Shown here one piece after another: positions 11,545 to 23,925 of a DNA stretch of 64,000 nt (the stretch's first letter is position 1; each line of letters opens with the position of its first letter). Under the pieces are notes generated by a model. That model made no database searches, was not told the DNA's origin, and saw nothing but the letters and a program-made list of their open reading frames with translations. The position numbers were made by a program, and so were the translations under genes. The DNA comes from Takakia lepidozioides. Its lineage: Eukaryota; Plantae; Bryophyta. The stretch lies in the NCBI GenBank assembly GCA_030704615.1, contig CM060732.1, positions 11,532,001 to 11,596,000 on the forward strand. Reading direction: 5' to 3'.

Positions 11545-12240
11545 TTAATGTGGCAATAACCAAAACTCTCTTCTGTAATATCTCTCGTATATGCCTGGGT
11601 TTCTTTCAAGCTTCAATGCACCCTTGGCTATACTTGAAGTCTCTGTTACCATATAACCATATGGCAAACAAGTCTGAAAAGCTATTCTTGGTGTGAGTTT
11701 GATCCACAAAATATCCTTTGGAATCCAATTCTTTACCAGTACAAGCTCTTCATGCATATGAGTATAAACATTCACCTTTCTTTCTTCCCAGCCTTCAAAC
11801 TCTACTCGTTTAATGGATAGCAATGCTATCACATAAACCAATGTTGGTAACCAACGTGCTCTTCCTCTACAGGCTACCTGATAAATCTTTATCACTCCTT
11901 TCTCCAGACCCCATTCTGGATCAGCATCATGCACTCGCTTAAGAATATTTTCTTTACAACCGTCTGGCAATTCCAAGAACCTTTGAAAGAATTGTTTGGA
12001 CAATCTTTCTTCCTTCGTTCCACAGGGAATTTGATTCACTTCAAATTCTTTAATGGTCCAACCACCATGATCCCACCAGATGCCTGTCACATCTGGTTGT
12101 TCATGTCTCAGGTCCCCAGTATGGTAGCCAAATGTCGCGCGGCTTTTACTCACCCATCCCTTCGCTATTCGAGGCGGAAACTCCAAGATAGAAGAGTTGG
12201 AAATCTCTAAGTACTCAGCCCGCGCAGAACAATCAGTCAT
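11545..12240 (-). CDS. Extra ORF upstream of gag (231 aa), starting inside the 5' LTR
   Basis: Uninterrupted ORF in the sense of gag, ends 21 bp before the gag ATG; no recognised domain. Confidence 0.55.
   Translation of the reverse strand: MTDCSARAEYLEISNSSILEFPPRIAKGWVSKSRATFGYHTGDLRHEQPDVTGIWWDHGGWTIKEFEVNQIPCGTKEERLSKQFFQRFLELPDGCKENILKRVHDADPEWGLEKGVIKIYQVACRGRARWLPTLVYVIALLSIKRVEFEGWEERKVNVYTHMHEELVLVKNWIPKDILWIKLTPRIAFQTCLPYGYMVTETSSIAKGALKLERNPGIYERYYRREFWLLPH
12113..12130 (-). promoter_or_regulatory. Putative primer-binding site
   Basis: Minus strand reads LTR-CA TT TGGCTACCATACTGGGGA; TGG is complementary to a tRNA CCA end; cognate tRNA not identified. Confidence 0.6.
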
Positions 12241-13144
12241 GACCTACAACTAATGTATCATGGGGGTGTTCCCTATTTGTTTCCCTTTTGGTATTCATGT
12301 TAGCTATCTTACCATTGATAATTAAGTATCAGTTTGTTTTATCAATCTATTGGATTCCATCAGCTCATCCATTCATTTCACAGCTTCACTCAGATCTCTC
12401 TACACAGTGTGATTGTATCGTAAAAGTATCCGATTATGATTTATCAGGTATCAGGCCGAAGCCATTGTGTCTCTAATCTGCTCTACAATATCATTACAGC
12501 CTTGCATATATCAAGCATCTACTCATCATCTCTCTATCTTCACTTCCGTTCTTCATCTCTGCCCGATCCCCTCTCCTCCATGACCAAGAAGTCCTCCTCC
12601 GAATGATGTCCCTCAATTCCCCGTTTCTCCCTTTATCTTCCTATCCGTGGTTCTAACCGTTTCCCTCACTAACCGTCGTCTGTGAACTAACATGTTCCCT
12701 TCGCAGGTGTTGTTTCCCCACAGTCGTTCCCTGTCCTACTCTTCGTTCCCTATGATCGTGACAGCTGTGTCAAGCTGTGACTGGCTGTGTGAACTGTGAC
12801 GGGCTGTGACTGGCTGTGCGACTGTGTTTGGCTGTGTCGGGCTGTGACTGGCTGTGTGGCTGTGCCGGGCTGTGTCGGCTGTGACGACTGTGTCTGCTGT
12901 GACGACTGTGACGGGCTGTGTTGGCTGTGTCGGCTGTGTCTGCTGTGACGACTGTGATGGGCTGTGTTGGCTGTGACGACTGTGACGGGCTGTGTTGGCT
13001 GTGTCGACTGTGACGACTGTGTAACCCCCCTCTACAGTGCGCTGCTGTCACCCCTAAGGCTCCTGTTGGTCTCAGTCTGTGCAAAAATTAAGGGTACCCT
13101 ACAGATCCCGTATAAGTGTCTAAGTCCCCGACAGTCCTCTAACA
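12133..13144 (-). repeat. 5' LTR (~1012 bp)
   Basis: TG...CA termini; direct repeat of 3619-4584. Confidence 0.95.
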
Positions 13145-15042
13145 GTTGCCATCGCAGCCAGGGCAGTAATGGTGAGTACGAACATGGCACATGACACACA
13201 CTCGCCGCCGTGTGGTGTGAAGGCACTGATGCACAAACGTGCATTCTGAATCCTCCGTGGTGTCAATGTTGTCAGTGCAACAACCCCCTGTCAAACCATA
13301 TGCCACAGCCAGATTGAATTGTAGATGGGTCATGGCCCGACGCCCCCTCCTTCTCTCCATTGCAGAATGCAAGATATACGCATTCACTAGCGTGGTATCC
13401 ATAAAAAAAAAAACAGACGATGCCACCACTTATTTGTGCGTAGCTGCAAGCTGTACGCACCCCTAAGCTGGTCCTGCACATCCACCCCTCGCATGTACGT
13501 TTGGTCTTACACATGTGCAGGTGCGGATGGCACAGACACTCTCTGGTTTCCCACAAAACGGCGTACAGTCACAGGAGAGGAAGGGCTGCAAGCTGGCCTA
13601 GCTGCAGATGACAGTAAGAATACACCCTTCTTATCCCACCACAACACAACAGCCACCTCCCTGGACTCATGCATCCTGTACCATGACTGCCCTTGCTTGG
13701 CAGTCTTGGATTTTTTCATTTTCAGCAAAGAGGGAGGGAGACCCTTTCTGTTCACTCTTACCGTGCCAGTGGCCCAAGTGCCAAGTTTGGCCATGTCATA
13801 TAGAAGCTGGACCCCTGTAAAGTAATTATCAGTCACAATGACATGCCCCAAACCATGCAGCCCGTCGGCCAGCCGGGTGACCACATCATAACCTTCTCCC
13901 TTCCCACTTTTCTGCCTCTCGCCATCTGGCCCTCCTGTATTCTTACCAACATACACTGAAAAGTCGTAGACATATGAAGTCTCCGAGTCAGCCAAGGCCC
14001 ACACCTTGATGCCCCATTTGCATGGTTTCTTAGGCATATACATCCTAATTGGGGAGTACTTCCCCTTGTAACGGATCATCACCTCGTCGACAGTCACCAT
14101 TTTGTTCAGATTCCAGAGACTTTTACACCTATCCACAATCTCCTCACACACCCACCTAAGCTTTCCGAGCTTATCATAATTCCGACTCTTACGATCTGCC
14201 ACCAACGTGGCGTTGTCAACAAGATGCAAACAACGGAGTATGGCCTCATACTTATCTCGAGTCATCACTTTGCGGATGACAGGACAAGCGAAGAATGTCT
14301 CCGAGTGTTGCCAGTAAAATCGTGTTCGGGGCAACTTCTTCATGTCCATGAAGACACAGACTCCAATCCAAGCCCTGAGCTCAGGAACAGTGAGCTCTTT
14401 CCACCGAGGCCCCCCACGAGTGCCCGTACCAAAAGGTTCAGCAGCATAACGATTGGACTCCCTACATATTCGCCCAAGCACTTGTCGCCTCCAAAACAAA
14501 CCAAAAAAGCAAATCGGATGTGAGCCCTTCATCTCAGGCAGGCAAGGACCAGGTTGAGGGCCAAAAAATGCAGCTCTATCACTCACAAAGTCAGAGCCTG
14601 CGTTGGTTTCCCACGTCTTTGCCTTGAACATCTCCACAAAATCGGCCGAGATTTCCTCATCACACTCCATATCAACCACCTCGTTTTCCCAGTCTGCTTC
14701 GTCAGCAGAGTCGCCCATGTACCCATCGTCACCCTCAAAATCCTCGTCCATGTCGGAGGAGGCCTCATCGTGGCCCAAAACAGGATTAGAAGACCCCTCA
14801 CCAAAAGGAACCAGTGCACCAATGTTGGGATGCATGTCCCCCAAAGCAGCCCGACCGACGGCAAGCTTGCTCCCAGCACCCAGAGGCCCGCCAACACATC
14901 CCACAATACCCGAATTCACCACTCCCTTATTTTTTTTCCTCACCACACCTTTGGGATGTGCTGTCACACTTGCAGGAACCGACCTCTTTGCACGAGCCAA
15001 CTCCTTCAGACGCCTGACTGTCGGCATCGGGCCAGACATCAT
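13145..15042 (-). pseudogene. piggyBac (PGBD-type) DDD transposase, disrupted
   Basis: VTVDEVMIRYKG, KKPCKWGIKVW, VTDNYFT, YMRGVDVQDQ, KWWHRLF, NAYILH; Cys-rich tail RVCVMC...CPGCDGN continues as HLCLG at 3613-3599 beyond the LTR insertion; TAA at 13507-13509 and a frameshift in the A-run 13403-13413. Confidence 0.92.
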
Positions 15043-15532
15043 CTCTCAAAACAGAATTCACAGCGTCACTGAACCCCTCCTTATCACCTTCCTCTCTTCT
15101 CTCTCTCCAACCAAGAACTAGAGCCACCTGGCGTCTAAACAGAAAGCAAAAATTGTGAGGACAAGGGTGGCGAGGCCAACGATTGGCGAACGGCGGTGGA
15201 GGCAAACTACAGAGGAAGGCAGGAGACAGACACCCCAATATTACCTTGTACTGCTCGGGAGTGCAGTGCTGTTCTTCAAGGCGCCATGACCCGAAAATGA
15301 AGCCCAGAAATACACCCCCTACGAAGCGAATGCGGGCGATCCACGGAAGATCGAGCAAAACATGCACACAAAAGCGCCAAGGAAATGCGAGAGGGGCCAC
15401 GATTTGCAAGCTCCAGGAACCCAGACTCTGTGCGCGCGAAGAGAGAGCTCGTTCCACGCTGCCGCCACCCATCACTGGCCACAGGGTGGCATCCCATGTC
15501 CGCACGGGCGGACATGCCAACCCTGCATACAC
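14927..15532 (-). CDS. Putative accessory ORF (or upstream exon) of the piggyBac-like element
   Basis: EQHCTPEQYKVILGCLSPAFLCSLP...RWPRHP...FLFRRQVALVLG is conserved in the diverged piggyBac fragment at ~32110-32300 (EQHCTEGQLQLILGCLSSDFLLSLP...RWPRHP...FLFRRQVALILG). Confidence 0.55.
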   Translation of the reverse strand: MYAGLACPPVRTWDATLWPVMGGGSVERALSSRAQSLGSWSLQIVAPLAFPWRFCVHVLLDLPWIARIRFVGGVFLGFIFGSWRLEEQHCTPEQYKVILGCLSPAFLCSLPPPPFANRWPRHPCPHNFCFLFRRQVALVLGWRERREEGDKEGFSDAVNSVLRDDVWPDADSQASEGVGSCKEVGSCKCDSTSQRCGEEKK

Positions 15533-17553
15533 CCGATCGCCGGCATCGGGCCACCGATGCCCATTTTGCCTGCCACGTGGCTAGGTCAAAGCCCGTGGAG
15601 GGCCAGAAACCATTGGATTTTGGGTACTCATCATCACTTCAAATAATCCTGACGGCGCAGGATTTGTCCAATTAGGGTGCAATAAATTCTGTCCGGCGCA
15701 GAATCTCAAGGGCTACAACTTTTGTTCAAGGCCCATCTTCATCCAGATTCATCCAAGGGGCCCACTGACGGTCGAAATATCCAATCGACCCGAATCAGGT
15801 CGACTCGTCCAATAGGGGTTAATTAACCCGTGAATGTCTGATGAGTGACATTTGAGGTTGCCTATACCACACCGACTTCCTTGCCTGCAAGGAAGCAGAG
15901 AACTAGATCTGTCTGGGAGAGGTGGGTTTGGGGGCCTGAATTGCTTACCAAAAAACATACAACTGACGAGCCAAAACCAGAGAGGTGGTGAGTATGACCG
16001 ATTCCTTTTCTAACGTTTTACAGGGCTTCCTCCTGCAATGCAAGATTCCTCCTACAGGGTTCTGCCTCTTCTCCTCTTAAGTGATAGGGGGATTAGTACA
16101 CAAGTATCCCCAAATCGTAAACTAGCTGTGAGGGCCCAAGTTTCCAGAATACATATTAAAAACCAGCCTAATACTAAGCACTAGGTGGTCACACCAGACG
16201 CATCCCAGGGCCTCCAGATCTCCTACGAGCTCCATCACACATTAGCGCAAGACTAGCAACTAGATACGCATGTCCACCACATACTGTGCCTTTTGCCGAC
16301 TACCGCTGACACCGAATCATCAAGTTGAATAGTCACACTTGGGAATACCCGGGCCCACACTCTCTCCTTTTTTAAGGTTTCACAGCAACTGGTAGCTTTT
16401 AGCTGGATAGTGCACGCATGGGCCACCCAAGTGCTTCACAGTTGTATCAGTGTATAGGCCCGGATGCGGGTGTGTGAGACTCCAGGAATGGATATTGGAG
16501 GGCCTGTCTGAAAGGAGAGCAGCAGGGAGCGCATGGTGGTGCCGACTACCCACCTGCGCTCTGGGTACTTAACTTAAAGGAGGGAGCAGCAGGGAGGTGG
16601 CTATTGCCCAGAAACGGGAATGGATGGATGACAAACGGAGGGGGTAGGGGTGAGTTGTCGCGTGGACAGGTTCGGAATGATACTAAACTAGAGTATTCCT
16701 CAGCTATATACGGGCCGTGCTCCCTGCGAAGACGTGAGTGGGCGATGGCGCCAGGCTGCAATGGCTTGGAAGGAGAGGATGGCAGCAAGTTGGATTAGAG
16801 AGACGGGCGGCAATGCATGGCAGCAAGCTGGAGTGATGGGATGGCCTGGACAGGATGGCGTAGTTGGACACTGGCGGGGCTGCAAAGGACCGCGGGAGGG
16901 GACGTCTCTGCATTTCTTGGCCGTGGATTGCTAGCGTCCTTGCCTTAGTTTCTTTCTAATCATACGGGCAAGTGGCATGGCTTTGGACACTACAGTCTCC
17001 AAGCAGCTTCATCTATCAGGGTCAAAAAAATAAAATCTAACATCCACGTACTTGAAAACTGTATGCTTGGGAAATTTCTGTGGAAAATTGGATTCCCTTG
17101 TTCTTTGTTTCAGGCGATTGGGTTGATGCTGTACAGAGGAACAGTTCTGGGAAAAGCTGAAGGTCAAATGGAGGAGGTGGGAGAGGTCACTCGGGAGGCA
17201 GGGCCGGGGTGTAAGCTTAGTAGAGCGACTTAGGACAGCCATGGGCTGAAGACAGGGACTTGCTTCCATCACATCTGCGACAGCGTCCGTATAGAGGTGA
17301 TACATGTGTGCGGGCTTGGAGGTATCTACCGCTGCCTGAATGCGCTGGGCCAGCCTGAGCCTGTATAAACTAACAGCAGTGGGGTGCGGATGCTGCAGCT
17401 GCTGCCTCATTACTAACTTAGCCCCGTTGGATGTCCACGAGGGGGCTCGTACGCACCCATTAAAATACAGAAACTGGACAAACCATCACAGTAACAGTAG
17501 TTGTCACAAATAAGGAGGGGAGGGGAGGAAGTTAAAGATTCAAGTGACAAGAG

Positions 17554-19190
17554 ATGCAAAGCACGCAGATTTCCAGGGGAAGAATGCAAGAATTCAAACT
17601 GTCCGGCAGTGGACACGCAGATGATCGATGTATAGCAGGCACGGTCTGGGTATCGGCCAACGTCGACGATAGTACTTCGTCGTCTGTGCGTGCGGAGACT
17701 TCTGCAAGCAGTCTTCAAAGTGCTTGTGAAGACCAGAATGCCGCGGTGAACGAGCAAAGGCCTGGCCACAGTTGTGCGTTTGGAGGCTTGTGTGAGTATT
17801 TGAGCGATAGTGCAACGTTCAATAAGTTTGACATTCGCATCCAAATAGAGAAATGTGGTGCTGTTGAAGCTAATGCGGTTTGCAAAGCTCTTGCAATTGA
17901 AGGGCAGAGTCCTCCAACCACTGCAAGTCAGGCTAGAAGCCTAGCGCAAATTGCTGACGACCCAGAGCTCAAACTGATACTGGAGGACTGGGAAAAGAGG
18001 TTTAATCTGTCGCGTTCCAAGATTGATCGTAAGGAGGCCCTAAGTAACAACGTGAAGAACGAAATATATCAGTTGATCGGCTATTTCATTGTGTTTCAAG
18101 GTGTTGTGCTCACAGCTTTTGCACAGTCGAGCGCACTCCGTTGCCACAACTGGCTTGGCCCCCTTCACACTCTCCCTCTTGGCGTGCATTGCAACCGTCG
18201 GTGGCGTCGTTCTAAAGTTTTTGGATTTCATGAGGTGGAAGGAAGGTGCTGAGAAAGAAGAGGAATATGCCAAGGTGCACTCTCAATCCAATGGTATTCT
18301 GGTGTAGTTAGGTCCTTAGCATCGCAGCTGCTGTCTTTAGCTGGTCCTAATGGTTTGTAGTGGAAAAACATACAAAGTTGATGTTCTTGGCTGCCCAACC
18401 AGCTTTTTGACTTGGAGACCTGGTAGTTAGTCTACAAAGCTATGTAGTGTCAACATATTTGATTCCTAAAGATGAAAGTGTCTAATCCTTGTCGGCCTTT
18501 GAGAGGGGGTTGAGATGCTTGGGAAAGCAACGCGTTGGGTATTGGGATAGTAAGATTTTGGGAGGGATCACGTTGGTGGCCCTCCCTTAGTCCGTCCGTT
18601 GAAATCTTGAGGAATTACAGTTCAATTCATGTATGAAGGTCCCGTTACCATTAGAAGTTGACATGGGGATCCTAGAGATATTTTGTCATAAGGAGGGAAG
18701 GGAAGTCATTTATGATGTTGACAGTACATGAACTTCAAGCTCACACCATCAACTCATCCCTTCCCCTGTGATCGTTGGAGCATATAGAGCATATCCTCTT
18801 AATTTATTGCGTATGATGGCCCGCTCTTTACTCAACCTGACTAGGAAAGCTTTGGTATTGTAGAAAAATCTTGTTGGGCAAATGAATGTTAGATGTGCTT
18901 CTGAGTTTTGTCCAGAATGACTCTCATCACATGCCTAGCATTTTCATAACCAGGAACTATGTATGGACTTCCAAGTGTTGAGCGATCAGATTGACGCATT
19001 GAAGGCTTTCGGAAAGCGATTTGATTTTGTTGAGCATGCAGGTGACAAGAAACCGAAGAAGGATGGACCCCCCCTCAAGACCTACTTTGCTCTTGTGCTT
19101 ACTCTAGTGGGCCTTCTTGCGTTCTCTGCAATCATACTTTTTGAGTCCAATAGAATCTTGTGTCATCCAGGGCCCGGATTAGCGCCCTAG
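17554..19190 (+). pseudogene. Two-exon gene for an uncharacterised plant 3-TM membrane protein, one frameshift
   Basis: YQLIGYFIVFQGVVLTA...CHNW / PFTLSLLACIATVGGVVLKF (frameshift ~18155); phase-0 GT-AG intron 18275-18953 joins in frame to ELCMDFQ...LVLTLVGLLAFSAIILF. Confidence 0.65.
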
Positions 19191-20075
19191 GGACTTTCTT
19201 GCGGAACCAGCTTTGAGACCTCATAGTTAGTGTCCAAAGCTGATGTGGTATCCACAACTTTGTTTTCTGGACGATGTGAAGATGGAAGTGTTGCTCTTAA
19301 TCCTCGGGGAGGAAGATATGTTATCGTTGGTCTTGGAGGGGTTTAGATGGATGGCAAAACAAGCTCAGGATGGTGGTCTTCATTTAGTCTATCTATAAAC
19401 TGAAATCTCTCGAGAAATCAGAGTTTAATACATAGGTTCATTTACTAGAAAAATTGAACATGGGGTTTGAGAGATATTATGTTAAGGTTGTGCTTGAAGA
19501 ATTGCAAAGTATAGTCGGAGGTTATGAGCATAAGAGAGAACCGTGGACCCTGAACACTGCCAGTTCTGTACAGTTCAAATACCCGATGAAATACCCTGAG
19601 CCTATGAGTGAATAGCATCATTAAGGCATAGAACCGACTCGGATATCTTTTAAGTTGACGGAACCTATTATGGTAGCTATGGTTTCGAGGCAATTAGTAG
19701 TTTTTTTTTGGTATCGAAGGGTCTATACTGTATATTAAAGTTGAAACGGCAAGTACTACATTGAACTTGAGAGGTGGCGGCTGTGCTTGTGATGGCTACT
19801 TCATTTGAAACGTCACATTGAACTTGAGAGCAGGGTGGCGGCCGCGCTTGTGTTGTGATGCGCTTGTGTTGTGACAGCTACTTGCATTCATGTGGAGATT
19901 TGCTATCGCCTTTGCATTGATGCCGATCATCTTTCTTCCTCCTAATATATTTGCTCTCCTTCTTCCACATTGTCAACATTTCAAACAGTTATCTTGTTCA
20001 TGCACATTGTGAGTAGGGCTATAGTTCAAGTTCAGGTCAGGCTATACAGGAACGAGTTTCTATTGTCTGCACCGT

Positions 20076-22800
20076 TTGTCTGCACCGCCTCGCGAAAGTA
20101 TAGGATCGTCTAGCTTTAGTGAGCAAATTGTCAGTGAGATTGAGCTTGAGAGACATGGAGATGTTGTTGCACCATCTGAGGGTATCAATATTGCAGAGGT
20201 GTTTTACAAGTCCAACTTAGTTTTCATGCCCAAGCACGTTTCTGGAAACCTTATGCGCGCTCTTCCCTTTGCTGGTCATTCTTCACAGTCAATGATGGCG
20301 GAGCCATTGACGTTGACAAACCGCAAGTGATGAGGTGTATAATCTGTCATGGTGCATATGTGAGTTCAGATCTTTTAGCTCTTCGCACTTGTAGTAGAAA
20401 AGACTTGATTACTTACTTCAAGTCCAATGGTATTAGTGCCATGAGAAAACATGTTGAAACTGAGCACTCACACTTAGGTAGTAGATACGATGAAGATGTG
20501 AGCAGCAGGGCAAAGGATATTTTGGAATGACAACTTGCAAAGAAGCGCCCAAAAGTCACACCTGGTACAATCTCCAAGTTCTTTTCTTCAATAGACCTTT
20601 TCAAAAATGATGCACCCACACAGAAGTCTTTCCTTCAGAATCTTCTTCTGTTTGTGATTAAACAATACTTGCCATTGAGGACAGTATAATCAGTGTGGCT
20701 GCAAAGGTTGGCATTGGGCTTGTGTCCAAGCGTTGTGTTTCCAAGCTGATCAGTGTTTACAAAAAAAATCTTGTCTGGTCTGGTTGACAAAACTAGAGAG
20801 AAGTATGTCATTCCAGTATTGCCGTCGTGTATCACAACAACAGCCACCTTCGACTTATGGATGTCCAAAGGTGCGCATGATATTTTCACTATTGTCGTTA
20901 ATTTTCTATCCTCTGAATGGGAACCTAGGCATGTGACAATTGTTTATTTGAAGTAAATCACACTCCTGGACAAGCCATGGCGATGCAGCTGCAAAATCTG
21001 CACATTAAGAAATTGCTTCGCACATGCCATGTCTAAGGTTTGTCAGTATGCAAGCACCGATGAGAAAGTCTGTCGACGGTTCTCCCATCAAAGCTACTCA
21101 AAGTGACATACAAAAATGTATCACCTGGCCTAAGAAATCCGGAAAAGACCTACAAGCATGGGATGCTGCTTGTATCACTAAAGGACTCCGTCCAAGAAAG
21201 CTCAACACTCCTATGAAAACCAGGTAATCAATTGTTTCATAGAATTTCGAAAATTTCTAGATTGCATCATTTTTGTGTTGATGGGGCTAAATAATTCAAA
21301 TGTGGCTTTGTGTTAACTTATGTATGTAAATGTGATTGTGCATTTGAGTTGTATTAATTTCTAATTGGTGTCAACATTCTTGTGGGATGCTTAGATTTGC
21401 AAGCCGTATTTTATTTCAAGATGCTCTTCGGTTTCGAGCAGCCATCAATCACTGCTACAGCCATGCAGACAATTATAATCACAAATTGTGTCCTCAACCA
21501 AAGTAAATGACACTGATTATTATCAGATGTTTTGCATTCAGCCATAGCCTTGGTTGTTAAATATCAGAGTGACATTGATGCAAGAATTGTAGAGGACAAC
21601 TTGGGTATGTGGAAGGAAGCTACGCCACGAGCCTGCTCACGTGAGCCTATGAGCCCAGGCACTTAGTCGGAGCTTGGACGTCACGCTTAGTGGTCATGAG
21701 CGCAGAATTAGAAAGAGGGCATATACCCAAGGATAAAGGCAGACCTATTCCCGTGAGAATACCAGCAGTGTCATTTGAAAAATTGGATTCGTATTGGTGC
21801 ATTCATTATGTGTTTATAAATCAGGTGTGATGACTTATGTGGGCGTTAATGATCACATAATTCGTAACCTCACAAAGCTATGTTATGTTATGATTTGTTT
21901 TTATTTTTTTCCGAAATAATTTGAAATTTTTGTTTTTTTATTGGAGAACTTGCGGGAGGTCCACGAATTATGTGGGCGTCCGATCAACACCCACATAACT
22001 TCTCACATTTTCTATCAAAATTTTATTTTTTGAAAATATTGGTTTTTTTTTTTTTTTTTTTTTTTTTTTTCCCGGGTCATTGGAGGACTTGCGGGAGGTC
22101 CACGAATTATGTGGGCGTCAACATGTACATAAATTCTCAATTTTTTTTAATTATTATTATTATTTTGATGTCATCGGAGGACTCGCGGGAGGTCCATGAA
22201 TTATGTGGGCGTCAACACCCACATAAGAGGCAATGAAAGCAAAACAATCTGAGGACATCTGAAATAAATAGGACACCATGTGCAGTATCTCGTTGTTCGA
22301 CAGTGTAAACTCATCGTAGCTAAGAGTCTAAAGTTGAACTTACGATGGCACAAACTTGGGTTTTGTCAGCAAAATTGGTTTTCTCCCTTTCAAGCTCTTG
22401 TCCAAAATTGAACTCACATGAGCACAAACTTGGGTTTTGTCAGCGAAATTGGTTTTTGTTATTACATTTTTTTTTCGCTTGACAAGCTGTTGTGGCCGAG
22501 GCTATCATGCAATCATGGGATAAGTATTGGCAAGCATGGAAATGCACGGAAATAGGTGAAATATCTGCGGTTATGGCCCCCCCTTCCCCGGCTCGGCTCA
22601 CGTGAGCCTAGGATCTTGAGCCTGGCCAATTTATAGGCTCACGTGAGCTCGTGAGCAGGCTCACGAATTAGCATTCCTCGGGTATGTCGCAGCTAAACGA
22701 GTTTGACAAGGAGCTCGAAGACTTCAGGATCAACATGCAGAAAGAAGTGATTGGTGTCTTGACTCATTTTTTGTCATTCATGCACAAATTTGACAAAGGA
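20076..22800 (+). pseudogene. Degenerate hAT transposase relic
   Basis: BED-like MRCIICH...NGISAMRKHVETEH, TFDLWMSKG, ITWPKKSGK, LNTPMKTR, EVIGVLTHFLSF; homologous to the transposase at 23926-26228; many stops. Confidence 0.8.
21611..22679. mobile_element. Non-autonomous TIR element (hAT- or Mutator-type) inserted in the hAT relic
   Basis: TSD GGGTATGT at 21603-21610 and 22680-22687; imperfect inverted ends sharing GCTA...GAGCCTGCTCACG and CTCACGTGAGCCTAT; internal palindromic repeats. Confidence 0.75.
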
Positions 22801-23925
22801 TACGTAGTGGACCCGATTTTCAACCAATCAAAGAGCTTAGTTGTTTGTCCGGTCACTAGTCTGGAACAGTCCTTGTACCTACTTAATTTGTGAGATGGAT
22901 GCACCTGAATTTTTTATGGTGTCTTCAGCCTTCTCACATGCACATGGTCTGTCTCGACCGCTTTTACTACTCTCCCATCCCGCTGATATGGGCAAAACCT
23001 GAGGTATAGGGGCCCATACTTCCTGATTTTGATCATGCGTATATACATATATGCATTACCTTCTCCCTTTCTGGCTCCTTTGCAAAGGACATGGTTTCTT
23101 TAAGCTGAACCCTTCGATTCCATATTCCATTCCCTCTGCAGTTGAAATTTAAGGAGGCTTGGACAAACTCAGATAATGAGTTTGTCTCCTCCAGTGTTGG
23201 GCGGTTCTTGCCTTTGTGAAGGAACCTTCGGTTCCGGTTCCACAAATTTTTGAAGAGGGGGTTCCGGATCCGGATCCGGTTATTTTTTATTAAGGCGGTT
23301 CCGGTCCGGTTCAGGTTCTGACTTTTTAACATGGGGGCGGTTCCGGTTACCGGTTAGTTGCTGGAAAAAAAACACCGGTTCCCGGTTAGGTTCCGGTTCT
23401 TTTTTTTAAATATATTAATTTCTTTTGATTTTTTATTCTTCTGGAAAATTAGATGAACTGATCTGATTGGTCATACTGAGAATTTTCAACTAAAACCAAG
23501 GAATTTATTAGTAAAACAGAAGTAAATAAACTTATATGTTTTTTGTGATTGTCTTTTATGGTATATATAACTAGTTATATACGCATGGTCTCCATTAAAA
23601 ACGGAAAACCAGAGATTTTATAAGTTGTCGTACGGTGTAGCAAAGAACAACTAAAACAAACTAACTACATAAGGATCTTAATTCAAAATACAAAAACAAA
23701 TTAAACATGTGTAATTCTATGGTTACCTTTTATGGTGCAGCAAAAGCACAACTAAAAAAAACTACATAAATTTGTGTTTTTTGGATGATGCTTTGTCAAT
23801 ATAGCATACAACAAACTAAGTACACGGGATGTCACTGAAATTTTCAATAAAAATGACAAATAAACAAACTCCAATCAAAGGAGTATAGTGTAATATGTTG
23901 AACAATAATTTGTCTCTAAGACAAA

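Larger units (their letters stand above)
3619..13144 (-). mobile_element. Full-length Ty3/Gypsy LTR retrotransposon (non-chromovirus type, no additional archaeal RNase H seen)
   Basis: Two near-identical LTRs; TSD GTTGC at 3614-3618 and 13145-13149; order gag-PR-RT-RH-INT on the minus strand; PBS-like TGG next to the 5' LTR. Confidence 0.95.
2156..15818 (-). mobile_element. piggyBac-like DNA transposon, interrupted by an LTR retrotransposon
   Basis: TTAA at 2152-2155 and 15819-15822; 15-bp TIRs TCCCTAATGGACGAG (2156-2170) and CTCGTCCAATAGGGG (15804-15818, reverse complement CCCCTATTGGACGAG, 13/15 match); internal piggyBac-type transposase. Confidence 0.85.
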
